A stretch of DNA of 64,000 bases from Octopus sinensis (Eukaryota): positions 1 through 64,000 of the forward strand of contig NW_021833033.1 in the NCBI RefSeq assembly GCF_006345805.1, in the 5' to 3' direction. Both the position numbers and the translations under genes were made by a program. Of the stretch, positions 1 through 13,355 are shown piece by piece. Position 1 is the first letter of the stretch, and each line of letters opens with the position of its first letter. The notes beneath the pieces were generated by a model. It did not search any database. It had not been told where the DNA came from and worked only from the letters and a program-made list of their open reading frames with translations.

Positions 1-282
1 TAGACGTACAACTACACAGAGATGAGAATCATTCAAAGACGTTACTACGTATAATTACATTAGACAAATATAAAATGACCTTATTGAACAATTAAAAAAA
101 AAGCAAAGATAATTTATATAACCTTCTAGACTCTTTAGAAGTGGCATTTCTTTTATCTTTTTCTTTGTTTCGGTCATTGGATTTCAGATATGCCAGCGGT
201 CACCTCCTTGAAGGGTCTAGTGGAAAAAATCGATCCCGCTATTTAATTTCGCATCTGGTGCTTATTATATCGCGTTCAATAA

Positions 283-680
283 GGCGGCGAGCTGGCAGAA
301 ACGTTAGCACGCCGGGCGAAATGCGTAGCCGTATTTCGTCTGCCGTTACGTTCTGAGTTCAAATTCCGCCGAGGTCGACTTTGCCTTTCCTCTTTTCATG
401 GTCGATTTAATAAGTACCAGTTACGCACTGGAGTCAATATAATCGACTTAATCCGTTTGTCTGTCCTTGTTTGTCCCCTCTGTGTTTAGCCCCTTTTGGG
501 TAGTAATGGAATAGGTATTTCGTCTGCCGCTACGTTCTGAGTTCAAATTCTGGCGAGGTCGACTGTGCCTGTCATCCTTTCGGGGTCGCTAAATTATGTA
601 CCACTTGCATACTGGGATCGATCTAATCGACTGGCCCCCTCCCCCAAAATTTCGGGGCTTGTGCCTAGAGTAGAAAAGAA
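283..680 (+). mobile_element. tRNA-derived SINE family A, dimer-like (full copy plus 5'-truncated second body)
   Basis: Head GGCGGCGAGCTGGCAGAA (A-box-like) and GAGTTCAAATTCC (B-box-like). The body GTCGACTTTGCCTTT...AAGTACCAG recurs more than 10 times in the window. Confidence 0.85.
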
Positions 681-1125
681 ATATTGCGTTCAATTGTCGA
701 ACCTTTAAGTTGCCGAGATGTAAACAACCCAGCAACAGCTTCCAAGCTCTGAAGAAGACAAACTCAAACACAAAGTCGTACTTATACACACATTCATTTA
801 TGACAGGCTTCCACACGGTTTCCCTCTACAAAGAAAGACGTTGATCAACTCGGGTCTGCAATAGAACACACTTGCTCAGGTTTAGCACAGTAGGACTGAA
901 TCCGAAATCAAGTGCTTGCCAATCCAGTTTTTTAACTACCTAGCTATGTCTGCGCTAAGCTTCTTAACCACATAGATTTTTTGTAAGCACTTTAAGTATC
1001 TTGAATAAAATATAGGACACGGTGTACAAAATGGTGTATAAAGTCTACCGTAATTAATTTCTTATCCATAAAGTAGATTTGCTAAAAGTTGCCGCTAGTA
1101 GTTTTCAGTGTAACCGAAAGCGATC

Positions 1126-1691
1126 TTGGGTTGTCCGGAAAGTTCGTGCCGATTTTTAAAGGAAAGAAAAAGGTCAATAAATACTTGCCATTACATTTTT
1201 AATCAACCAAATATGAACCATTTTGTTGCACAATGCGTCTCCATTTTTCCGTAAACTTGAAAATACCCTCTTCCCATAATTGGGGTGGTTTCATGGCAAA
1301 GAATTCATCAAGGTATCTTTTTACATCATCCAAGGAATTGAAATTTTTACCATTACGACTATTCTGCAGAGACCTGAATAATTGGAAATCCGAAGGAGCA
1401 ATATCTGGTGAATGTGGAGGGTGGGATAACATATCCCAGCCGAGCTGCAGCAATTTTTGTCTGGTTCCCAAAGCATCAAGTGCCGAAAATGAACTTTCTT
1501 ATCTTCCATTTCAAAAGGTTACAGAATTAACACAGGTTATAGGAACATAAACCTTCTTCCACGAAAAGAGAGCTTAAACTGTGCCCTAAATAGAGGTGTA
1601 GTCAAATCCTATTCTATGGACTCAACCATGTTCTAAAATAAGTCGAAATGTAAGCTACTATAAATAGGCGCGAACTTTCCGGACAACCCAA
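1126..1691 (-). mobile_element. Mariner non-autonomous internal-deletion derivative (566 bp)
   Basis: 30-bp TIRs TTGGGTTGTCCGGAAAGTTCGTGCCGATTT and AAATAGGCGCGAACTTTCCGGACAACCCAA, with TA after the right end. The transposase N-terminus (MEDKKVHFRHLML) is joined directly to the C-terminal HPPHSPDIAPSD region. Confidence 0.93.
1199..1471 (-). pseudogene. Mariner transposase C-terminal fragment
   Basis: LGWDMLSHPPHSPDIAPSDFQLFRSLQN matches the mariner YSPDLAPSD motif that carries the third catalytic Asp. Confidence 0.9.
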
Positions 1692-1900
1692 TATATGTAT
1701 TTACTCCGACGTTGTTCTCATGATTTGAAAGGAAGAAAATCATAGATTCTTTAATTCAAGGGTTTTATTGAATCTATTTATATTGGACAGATGCGATGTT
1801 GCCAGAAGAAAAATTTCTTTCGTAACAAGGAAGATTTTTTTTTTTTAGATCATTTTAATTATGTCTAATGAGTCCTCATATTATGTCTAATGAGTCCTCG

Positions 1901-2038
1901 GGAACATAAACCTTCATCCACGAAAAGATATCTTAAACTGTGCTCTAAAAGGAAGTGTAGTCAAATCCTATTTTATGGACTCAACCATGTTGAAATGTAA
2001 GCTACTATAAATCGGCACGAACTTTCCGGACAACCCAA
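1901..2038 (-). mobile_element. Second, partial copy of the same mariner end
   Basis: Repeats 1542-1691 including the TIR, followed by TA at 2039-2040. Confidence 0.85.
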
Positions 2039-2418
2039 TACAATGAAGTCTAGAGGCGTATGAAAGATATGTGTTTCACAAGCAGATTTCAGGAAGGTTG
2101 GTAGCGTAGAGCCAGAACTAGCATTAGAAACAGTACATGTGAGGATTGGCTTCAGATACATACAACGAGTGAACAACATCTTTTCTTATACTTTCTTGTT
2201 TGTTGTATCCTCGTTTGTGTGTTTTCTCTTTTATTGTTGATCTCCTGGCAGATTATATGCAGATGAATCCTGGAAACATGCATTCATTGTTGGTATTATA
2301 CTTCAAGTTGTGCAGTTCACTGATTTCCTACAATGACTATTTCGACAAATTTGACCAAAGCTGAAACCTGAAACGCCTACGTGAGATTAAGAGGGACGAA
2401 ATATAGTTATCTCCACGC

Positions 2419-2449
<31 letters not shown>

Positions 2450-2491
2450 CAAATATGTATTTACATGTTCGCGTGTCTGTTTTTGTGTGTG

Positions 2492-2524
<33 letters not shown>

Positions 2525-2697
2525 ATATATATATATACATACATATACATGTATTTATGAATAAACACACATTATATATTTATATATATATATGTATATA
2601 TACATTATATGCACACGTACACATATATGCATATACACGTGTATATGAATATAGACATACATGTGTCTATTACATATGTTCATATGCATTATGTATG

Positions 2698-2736
<39 letters not shown>

Positions 2737-2842
2737 TATATATTCAATACATAAACATATGATATGATTAACATGCGTTTTAGTGTCTGTACAGTCTTTT
2801 TGCATACACATTTGGGCTGAAACGTATAAAAGAAATATATAT

Positions 2843-2897
<55 letters not shown>

Positions 2898-3246
2898 ATT
2901 TATATATGTATGTATGTATATAAACTAAAAAGTAGTTCTAAAGTCTCTCAAATATATATACATTCATGCATATATACATGCATACATACATACATACATA
3001 CATACATGCATGCATATATACATACATGCATATATACAAACATACACACATATTCACACATACACAATCCTGCATATATGGAGTATGTGGATAAGTTTGT
3101 GCGCGTGCATCTGTGTGTATTTATGCAAATTCGCAGATAGAAATAAGAACTTAGAAAAGCGAGGGGCAGAGAGAGAGAGGGAGAGAGAAGAAGAAGAGAA
3201 GAAGAAGAAGAAGTAGAAGAAAAAAAAAGAAGAAGAAGAAGAAAAG

Positions 3247-3278
<32 letters not shown>

Positions 3279-3774
3279 GAAGGAGGAGGAGGAGGAGGAG
3301 GAGGAAAGAAGAAGAAGAAGAAGAAGAAGAAGAAGAAGAGATAGAGACGGAGTAGAGAAAGAAAGAGAAAGATATACTGTGAAATATTACAAAGAATTAA
3401 TGGAGGTTGAACACAGATACAGAAGTGATGTAGAGAGAGGGAGAGGGATAAGAAGAGGGAGAGGGGTAGAGAGATTGAGAGAGAGAGAGAAAGAGGAGTG
3501 GGAAATTGAGAGGAAGAGAGGAAGAAAGGAAGACGTGAAGAAAAAGAGAAAGATATAATTTCTGCCAACAGTAAGAGCTAAGGTTATCGTTATTGTAATA
3601 TTTAACCATGGAAAGGAAATATCAACACAGACACTGCTTATCACACACACGCATACACACACAGAGGCGTGTATGCTTGTGAATATATGCATGTGTGTGT
3701 GAAACTACGCGTGTTTCTGTGTGTATGTTTGTAGATGTATAGGCATATATATACACACACACACAACACACACA

Positions 3775-3825
<51 letters not shown>

Positions 3826-4959
3826 CATCAGATATTCATAAAATACACAGATAAATATATATAAATTTATATATAAATAATATATATATATACTTAAACA
3901 TATATATTATATATATGTATATACATATATATACACATACATATAAACATATATATTAATATATATGTTTATATATATATATATTATATATATATATATA
4001 TATTATATATATTATATATATATATATATATATTACATATAAACATATATGTATATATATATATATGTACATATATGTGTGTATGTGTCTAGACACACAC
4101 ACATACACACGTCTCTATCTCCCTTCACTCCACAGCACCACACTACAACACACACACATCTACATATATATATTATATTAGATACTATATAGAGTACATA
4201 TATACACATAATACATATATATAGATATATATATATATATATATCTATATATATATTATGTAGGCGACACCACACCGTACATACGTATATGTGTGTATAA
4301 TACCTTGCGTAAAACATTACAAAAAAATACTTGTATGTATATAAGTATCTTTTATATACAAATACACACAACCATGTAGTTATAGCACGTTTGTTTCCCC
4401 CCCTCTCTCTCTCTCGACACTCTCATCATGGCGTGCTCTCTCCTCCCATATATATGCATATATATGTGTGTGTGTACGTATGTAGGTAGGTTGGTATATA
4501 TGTACGTATGTGCGGTGCGGTTTTATATGTGTATATATATATATGTGTATATATATGTGTATATATATGTATATATATATGTGTATATATATGTGTATAT
4601 ATATATATATGTGTGTGTGGGGGTATGCCTATACGTTCACCATTTTGGTGTAGAAGTGTATATGCGTGCGCAAATGCATACATATAATGTATAAACATGC
4701 AAATACACAGCATGGTCCATTCGAGACATTGGTCACCATAGAAACTAAATTGCTGAGCAGCCATTATAACAGTTACCAAAATCTTGCTAGCTTCTCTGGT
4801 ATATTATGGTAAGAAGTTTCTGCAACAATACACTGTAGACATTTTGGTGTCTTAAAACTTCTCATCTACAACCACAAGAAATCTGTATTACGTGCGTTAA
4901 TATGAAGAGATTTGGTTTTCTTACACATAGAGATGAATATCTATGTATATATGCTCGCA

Positions 4960-5196
4960 TAACACGTATGTGGTTGTGTGTGTGTTTGTGTGCGTGTTTG
5001 TGTGTGTATGTGTATGTGTGTTTGTGTGGGTGTAAAGAAAAACAGCATGAGTACGTCATAGTGAGAGAGAGAGAGTGTGTGTGTGTGAGTGTGTGTGTGT
5101 ATGTGTGTGTGTGTGTGAGTGAGTGTGTGTGTGTATGTGTGCAATATGAGCGAAAGAATAAAAGTAAGTCATAACGAAAGAGAGAGAGTGTGTGTG

Positions 5197-5231
<35 letters not shown>

Positions 5232-5747
5232 GTGGGTGTAACGAAAAACAGCATGAGTACGTCATAGCGAGAGAGAGAGAGTTTGTGTGTGTGTGTGTGT
5301 ATGTGTGTGGTGTGTGAGGAGGTGTGTGTGTGTATGTGTGCAATATGAGCGAAAGAAAAAAGTAAGTCATAACGAAGAGAGAGAGAGTGTGGTGGTGTGT
5401 GTGTGTTGGTGTTTTGTGTGTGTGTGTGTGTGTGTGGGTTGTAACGAAAAACAGCATGAGTACGTCATAGCGAGAGAGAGAGAGTTTGTGTGTGTGTGTG
5501 TGTATGGTGTGTGTGTGAGTGGTGGTGTGTGTGTATGTGTGCAATATGAGCGAAAGAATAAAAGTAAGTCATAACGCGCATGAGAGTGTGAGAGAGAGAG
5601 AGAGAGAGAGTGTGTGTGTGTGTGTGTGTGTGTGTCTATGTGTGCAATATGAGGGAAAGAATAAGAGTAAGTCATAACGAGAGAGGGCATCAGAGTAAGT
5701 CATAGTGAGAGAGAGAGAGAGAACGCGCGTGAGAGTGAGAGAGAGAG

Positions 5748-5817
<70 letters not shown>

Positions 5818-5894
5818 CATGAGAGAAAGAATGAGAGTAAGCCATAACGAAAGAGTGCATGAGAGTAAGTCATAGCGAGAGCGAGAGAGAGAGA

Positions 5895-5926
<32 letters not shown>

Positions 5927-6240
5927 CATGAGGAAAAAATGAGAGTAAGTCATAACGAGAGAGAAAGTGACAGTGTGTGTGTGTGAGTGTGGGTGTCTGT
6001 GTTTGTGTGTCCCCACGCGCGCGCGTGTGTAGTATGTGTGATAGAATAAAAAGTAAGTTATAATGCGAGAGAGCTTCAGAGTAAGTCATAACGAGAGAGA
6101 AAGTGACAGTGTGTGTGTGTGAGTGTGGGTGTCTGTGTTTGTGTGTCCCCACGCGCGCGCGTGTGTAGTATGTGTGATAGAATAAAAAGTAAGTTATAAT
6201 GCGAGAGAGCTTCAGAGTAAGTCATAGCGAGAGAGAGAGA
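4960..6240. repeat. Compound minisatellite of short unique motifs spaced by (GT)n/(GA)n
   Basis: CAGCATGAGTACGTCATAG occurs at 5043, 5249 and 5452 (period ~205). GAGTAAGTCATA-anchored 136-bp copies start at 5943, 6079 and 6215. Confidence 0.9.
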
Positions 6241-6453
6241 AGGAGAGAGAGAGGGAGAGAGAGACTAGGAAGGGAACATAAAGAAAGACAGGCTCTGACA
6301 GGTTTTAATGCTCCGATACACCGTATATTACGTGTACACTCCTATGGCATCAGCTGGAGTTCAAGTCTCAAAGAACTACACAAAGAAGGATATATAGGCG
6401 TGTGTGTGTGTGTGTGTGTGTATGCGTGTTTGAAAGTATGTAAAAACACATTT

Positions 6454-6508
<55 letters not shown>

Positions 6509-6579
6509 ATACATACATACTTATACACATATACTTACATATCTCAGGCATATGTATATGTACATGTAGATATATGTAC

Positions 6580-6616
<37 letters not shown>

Positions 6617-6668
6617 CCCCAATACCCTGAAACTCGAGTCCGTGTGTATCATAAGTTGAAGACGGGAA

Positions 6669-6805
6669 GGATGGCTTCCCTTTGCTAATACTGATAGGGC
6701 ACAGAAAGTGAGTCTGTAGCCAGCTGGAGGAGGTGTCCTCCTGGGGCTACAAACTACAGTAGCACCCACGCTTAGGGGTTAGCCATATTCAAATGGCAAC
6801 TATAC
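6669..6805 (+). mobile_element. Diverged solo arm of the foldback element at 13356-13674
   Basis: CCCTTTGC...AGGGCACAGAAA...AGCCAGCTGGAG...CTCCTGGGGCTA...CTACAGTA.CACCCAC...GGTTAGCC is collinear with 13540-13670. Confidence 0.75.
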
Positions 6806-6829
6806 GTCACTATATATATATATATTACT

Positions 6830-7018
6830 CTTTTATTCTTTTACTTGTTTCAGTCATTTGCAAATCGACCCCGGGACTTTTTCTTTGTAAGCCCAGTACT
6901 TATTCTATCGGTCTCTTTTGTGCCGAACCGCTAAGTGACGGGGACGTAAACACACCAGCATCGATTATCAAGCAATGCTAGGGGGACAACACAGACACAC
7001 AAACATACACGCACGCTA

Positions 7019-7068
<50 letters not shown>

Positions 7069-7228
7069 TACGACAGGCTTCTTTCAGTTTCCGTCTACCA
7101 AATCCACTTACAAGGCATTTGTCGGCCCGGGGCTATAGCAGAAGACACTTGCCCAAGATGCCACGCAGTGGGACTGAACCCGGATCCATGTGGTTGGTTA
7201 GGAAGCTACTTACCGCACAGCCACTCCT
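6830..7228 (-). mobile_element. tRNA-derived SINE family B (CORE-like; central (TA)/(TG) tract; LINE-like tail)
   Basis: Minus-strand head GGAGTGGCTGTGCGGTAAG...GGGTTCAGTCCC, followed by TTGGGCAAGTGTCTT, which resembles the MIR CORE segment. Many copies in the window. Confidence 0.85.
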
Positions 7229-7232
7229 ATAT

Positions 7233-7296
<64 letters not shown>

Positions 7297-7446
7297 TGTG
7301 TGTGTGTGGGTGTTGTGTGTGTGTGTGTGTATCCAGAGAAGTATGTAATATATTATATATTATACATAGACAGAGAAAGACAGACAGATTGAATAATTAC
7401 TCCTAAACCTATATAAATGCACACATCTACAAAGTATGTGTGTTTC

Positions 7447-7553
<107 letters not shown>

Positions 7554-7554
7554 A

Positions 7555-8058
7555 ATAAACGCGCCCTTTTAAAGCCTAGCTAGGCTCATGGGCCCGGTTT
7601 CCCGGTTTCTATGGTGTATGCGTTCCCCAGCTGGACGGGACGCCAGTTCATCGCAGCGTTACTCATTTTTGCCAGCTGAGTGGAGTGGAGCAACGGGAAA
7701 TTAAGCGTTTTGCTCAGGAACACAACGCGTCGCCCGGTAAAGGAATCGAAACCACAATCTTGCGATCATGATGCTGACACCCTAACCACCAAGCCACGCG
7801 CCTCCACTAATGTTCCATTTGGAGCCATGCCAGGCTCATAAAGGCCGGTTTCCTGGTTTCAGTGGCATACAAATACCCCACCTGGGCGGGACGCCGGTCC
7901 GTCGCAGGATTACTCATTTTTGCCAGCTGAGTGGACTGGAGCAACGTGAAATGAAGTGTTTTACTCAAGAACACTACACGTCGCCCTGTTCAGGAATCGA
8001 AACCACAACCTTACGATCATGAGTTCAATACACTAACCACTTAGCCACGTGCCTCCAC
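7555..8058 (-). mobile_element. Two tandem copies of SINE family C (7555-7807 and 7813-8058)
   Basis: Minus-strand head GTGGAGGC.CGTGGCT..GTGGTTAG...TTCGATTCC and body TTGCTCCA.TCCACTCAGCTGGCAAAAATGAGTAA are present in both copies. Confidence 0.8.
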
Positions 8059-8400
<342 letters not shown>

Positions 8401-8797
8401 TGGACGTATGATTGTGTTCGTGTACCTGTTCAAAACTACTTCGCTTCCCAATGAAACGGATGATGTCGTATCCTAATACATTATAAGTGAAGCCACAATC
8501 TCCTGCTATTACCTTAGAATTCATTCGAGTTTTTCACCAGAATTCGAAAGATTGAAAATTTTATAGGAAGCCTATGAGACTCCAAATGTAATATTACATG
8601 CCAAGCCTTGGCATGCGTAATGTTTCGATGACTATACCGAAAGATTACGTTAAAGCTTCAAGAGTCCCTGCAGGAATACTCGACTGCTTACACGTGCAAA
8701 ATCAAAGTTGAATCTCGTTGTTTCAAGAAATTAAATATTCATTGACGAAGCCAACGTGAGACTCATCTCATACGAATACACCAACACAGGTTATATA

Positions 8798-8837
<40 letters not shown>

Positions 8838-9025
8838 GCATGTGTGAGCGTGCATGTGGTGTGTGTGCGTGCGTGCGTGCGTGTGTGTGTATGTGTACGT
8901 TTTTGTTATCTAATCAATGTTTATATATATAATATATATATATATATCAACCTATATATATATAATACACCTATATATATATATATACACCTATATATAT
9001 ATATAATATATATATAGATATATTA

Positions 9026-9056
<31 letters not shown>

Positions 9057-9691
9057 TATGCATGTATACATACGTATACGTACATACTTACATGTATATG
9101 TATATACATATGCAAGATCGCAAATTTTATTTAATTTGCTTTACGGGAGCAAATGTTTCATCGAATACGTATCTTGTAGTGAATTACTCGAAATACAGAT
9201 TAGAAAAACAGCCGGCAACTGATGAAGGGTTGTTCCTTGTGTTGCTTGTCTTGTTTTCCATTTGTTTCTTTTGTTGCTTGTAGAAAAAACCCTCATTCTT
9301 TGTCCTTGTACTTCGTATTATTTGTTGTTTATGCTTTGTGATAAAGGCATTTTCAGCGTACAGTCTTCGCTGTTATGTTGAAGCAGTATTAACAGGCAGA
9401 TATACTTCACAATTGATAACTATGAACATTTATATATATAACTCCGAATGACCCGTCCTTGTTTTCTTTGTATCGTCTATCTGGATGTGTTGTCCCATTT
9501 TTGCATCTGCTAACTGTCCGGATACTCTGCTTTCTTGTCCCTCTTTGTATTATATATAGATGTGTGTGTGTGGTGTGTGTGTGTATCTATAAAAGTATGT
9601 ACGTATGTAAATAAGTATGTATATGTATACATGTTTATATATGTACAAATATTTATTTATAATTAGTTATCTATATATATATGAATGAATG

Positions 9692-9746
<55 letters not shown>

Positions 9747-9881
9747 TTATCATACTTTCTAGTCCCTTTGTATTATATATAGATGTGTGTGTGTGTGTAT
9801 CTACAAAAGTATGTATACATGTTTATATATGTACAAATATTTATTTATAATTAGTTATCTATATATATATGAATGAATGAA

Positions 9882-9937
<56 letters not shown>

Positions 9938-10594
9938 TATATATATACATGTATATACATACTTGCGTAATTGTCCTCTACAATAACTTCGAGCTGACCG
10001 AAAACTTATGAGCGGATTTGCTACACGGAAACTGAAAGAATCCCGTCTCATATATATATATACATATGCGCATGCTTTTATTTTGTGCGTGTGTGTGTGT
10101 GTGTGTGTGTTTGCGTCCCTGCAATTTAGCGGGACGCAAACACACAGGCCGACTGAATAAGTCCAGACTTATAACTATGTTCTCTAACTATGTTCTCTAA
10201 CCGACAAAATTCACTGCAGAAATTTATTTTCTGCAGAATTATTTCCGGTATTTTAGCGCGCTAAAACGAAGACTTTTGAAAGATAACCCCAAGAGTAATT
10301 GGTAGAACTGTATGCATGTTCAATCTTATGCGGACGTCTCGTGTATTAGTTCTTCAAATTATATTTGCAAAGACGATCACACTGACGAGCTACGGACAAT
10401 TACGTTAGTAATTTTACGTAAGTGTTAATAGCGAAATTAGTTTGTGATTAATTTATATTTTGGTTCCTTTCATTTGTCTTGCTTGCTTACGTTCTGGTGT
10501 ATGCTATAATTTTCTTGAGAACATTCCTTTCTTAGTGGTAAGACCATAGCGGATCCACTACTAGCATATAGATGTCTACATAGTGGTCATCCCT

Positions 10595-10628
<34 letters not shown>

Positions 10629-10649
10629 GATATATATATATATATATAT

Positions 10650-10684
<35 letters not shown>

Positions 10685-10806
10685 ACAATTTAGGAGTGAC
10701 CCTAACAGGTCATTCGTCCACCAGAAAGAGCAGCCATAACTCACACCGCCAAGTAGTAGTAATCAGAAATTAGGTGAAAATTTAAAAACATTTACCCTAA
10801 TTCATC

Positions 10807-10903
10807 TTTTAGACGTTGCAACGTTTCTGTGTCATTAATGATTAAATTAGCTTAATTAAATTAAATAAGCTAATCTACCATAGGTTACACTTCATCAGTA
10901 AAA
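10807..10903 (-). ncRNA. Type I hammerhead ribozyme motif (family 1)
   Basis: Minus strand reads UUUUA CUGAUGA A GUGU..long stem II..ACAC A GAAAC GUUGCAAC GUC UAAAA. Predicted cut after the complement of 10812. Confidence 0.75.
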
Positions 10904-11595
10904 AACCTGGGAGAGACAAATATACACGAGGCGTCTGTATCGATGCCTACGGAATATCTGTCTTAAAATTTTCAAGAATGACGTATTCGCGCCAAACTTA
11001 TCAGCAGTAAATATAAACTGCCGATTCGATCTCAGAATTATTCAGAAAATTATCAATTAGTCAATTTAGGGTAGCAAAAAAATTCAATAGAAATTTATCG
11101 CTACCAGCGGCCTGGTGGAAAGAGAAAATAGTCATCGACTAAATATATAAATATAACAATTTAGGAGTGACCCTAACAGGTCATTCGTCCACCAGAAAGA
11201 GCAGCCATAACTCACACGCCAAGTAGTAGTAATCAGAAATTAGGTGAAAATTTAAAAACATTTACCCTAATTCATCTTTTAGACGTTGCAACGTTCTGTG
11301 TCATTAATGATTAAATTAGCTTATCACTCCTAAATTGTTATATTTATATATTTAGTCGATGACTATTTTCTCTTTTCACCAGGCCGCTGGTAGCGATAAT
11401 TTCTATTGAATTTTTTTGCTACCCTAAATTGACTAATTGATAATTTTCTGAATAATTCTGAGATTGAATCGGCAGTTTATAGTTTATATTACTGCTGATA
11501 AGTTTGGCGCGAATACGTCAGTCTTGAAAATTTTAAGACAGATATTCCGTAGGCATCGATACAGACGCCTCGTGTATATTTGTCTCTCCCAGGTT

Positions 11596-11692
11596 TTTTA
11601 CTGATGAAGTGTAACCTATGGTAGATTAGCTTAATTTAATTTAATTAAGCTAATTTAATCATTAATGACACAGAAACGTGCAACGTCTAAAA
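11596..11692 (+). ncRNA. Type I hammerhead ribozyme motif (family 1)
   Basis: CTGATGA 11601-11607, GAAA 11673-11676, GTC 11685-11687; stem I TTTTA/TAAAA. Stem III lacks one T relative to other copies. Confidence 0.7.
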
Positions 11693-12067
11693 GATGAATT
11701 AGGGTAAATGTTTTTAAATTTTCACCTAATTTCTGAATTACTACTACTTGGCGGTGTGAGTTATGGCTGCTCTTTCTGGTGGACGAATGACCTGTTAGGG
11801 TCACTCCTAAATTGTTATATTTATATATTTAGTCGATGACTATTTTCTCTTTTCCACCAGGCCGCTGGTAGCGATAATTTCTATTGAATTTTTTTGCTAC
11901 CCTAAATTGACTAATTGATAATTTTCTGAATAATTCTGAGATTGAATCGGCAGTCTATATTTACTGCTGATAAGTTTGGCGCGAATACGTCAGTCTTGAA
12001 AATTTTAAGACAGATATTCCGTAGGCATCGATACAGACGCCTCGTGTATATTTGTCTCTCCCAGGTT

Positions 12068-12164
12068 TTTTACTGATGAAGTGTAACCTATGGTAGATTA
12101 GCTTAATTTAATTTAATTAAGCTAATTTAATCATTAATGACACAGAAACGTGCAACGTCTAAAA
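12068..12164 (+). ncRNA. Type I hammerhead ribozyme motif (family 1)
   Basis: CTGATGA 12073-12079, GAAA 12145-12148, GTC 12157-12159. A 4-nt extra (TAAAATAAAG versus TAAAAG) follows the cut site. Confidence 0.7.
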
Positions 12165-12543
12165 TAAAGATGAATTAGGGTAAATGTTTTTAAATTTTCA
12201 CCTAATTTCTGAATTACTACTACTTGGCGGTGTGAGTTATGGCTGCTCTTTCTGGTGGACGAATGACCTGTTAGGGTCACTCCTAAATTGTTATATTTAT
12301 ATATTTAGTCGATGACTATTTTCTCTTTTCCACCAGGCCGCTGGTAGCGATAAATTTCTATTGAATTTTTTTGCTACCCTAAATTGACTAATTGATAATT
12401 TTCTGAATAATTCTGAGATTGAATCGGCAGTTTTATTTACTGCTGATAAGTTTGGCGCGAATACGTCAGTCTTGAAAATTTTAAGACAGATATTCCGTAG
12501 GCATCGATACAGACGCCTCGTGTATATTTGTCTCTCCCAGGTT

Positions 12544-12639
12544 TTTTACTGATGAAGTGTAACTATGGTAGATTAGCTTAATTTAATTAATTAAGCTAAT
12601 TTAATCATTAATGACACAGAAACGTTGCAACGTCTAAAA
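12544..12639 (+). ncRNA. Type I hammerhead ribozyme motif (family 1)
   Basis: CTGATGA 12549-12555, GAAA 12619-12622, intact palindrome ACGTTGCAACGT, GTC 12632-12634. Confidence 0.78.
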
Positions 12640-13012
12640 GATGAATTAGGGTAAATGTTTTTAAATTTTCACCTAATTTCTGAATTACTACTACTTGGCG
12701 TGTGAGTTATGGCTGCTCTTTCTGGTGGACGATGACCTGTTAGGGTCACTCCTAAATTGTTATATTTATATATTTAGTCGATGACTATTTTCTCTTTTCC
12801 ACCAGGCCGCTGGTAGCGATAAATTTCTATTGAATTTTTTTGCTACCCTAAATTGACTAATTGATAATTTTCTGAATAATTCTGAGATTGAATCGGCAGT
12901 TATATTTACTGCTGATAAGTTTGGCGCGAATACGTCAGTCTTGAAAATTTTAAGACAGATATTCCGTAGGCATCGATACAGACGCCTCGTGTATATTTGT
13001 CTCTCCCAGGTT

Positions 13013-13110
13013 TTTTACTGATGAAGTGTAACCTATGGTAGATTAGCTTAATTTAATTTAATTAAGCTAATTTAATCATTAATGACACAGAAACGTTGCA
13101 ACGTCTAAAA
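13013..13110 (+). ncRNA. Type I hammerhead ribozyme motif (family 1)
   Basis: CTGATGA 13018-13024, GAAA 13090-13093, GTC 13103-13105; stem I TTTTA/TAAAA. Confidence 0.78.
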
Positions 13111-13355
13111 GATGAATTAGGGTAAATGTTTTTAAATTTTCACCTAATTTCTGAATTACTACTACTTGGCGGTGTGAGTTATGGCTGCTCTTTCTGGTGG
13201 ACGAATGACCTGTTAGGGTCACTCCTAAATTGTTATATTTATATATTTAGTCGATGACTATTTTCTCTTTTCCACCAGGCCGCTGGTAGCGATAAATTTC
13301 TATTGAATTTTTTTGCTACCCTAAATTGACTATATATATATATATATATATATAA

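Larger units (their letters stand above)
10681..13332. mobile_element. Retrozyme-like / PLE pseudo-LTR tandem array, family 1 (~473-bp unit). Minus block 10681-11323; plus block 11324-13332.
   Basis: Plus-strand unit starts TCACTCCTAAATTG at 11324, 11801, 12277, 12746 and 13219. About 1.35 inverted units lie to the left. Each full unit has a type I HHR motif. (TA)n flanks both sides. Confidence 0.88.

Noticed and set aside
745-790. CTGAAGA A GAC..GTC
   Set aside because: It is followed by GTAC, not GAAA, and no stem I is found.
2252-2292. Possible 41-nt plus-strand micro-exon (LYADESWKHAFIV)
   Set aside because: Too short to support without transcript data.
9195-9260. CTGATGAAGGG motif as a hammerhead
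   Set aside because: There is no downstream GAAA. A type II permutation using the upstream ACTCGAAA fails because stem I cannot form.
10104-10146. 16-bp perfect hairpin resembling a terminator
   Set aside because: It derives from a SINE B tail by local template switching, and there is no bacterial context.
10681-13332. CRISPR-like or rDNA-like tandem array
   Set aside because: The units are wholly repeated with no unique spacers, and I see no rRNA motifs.
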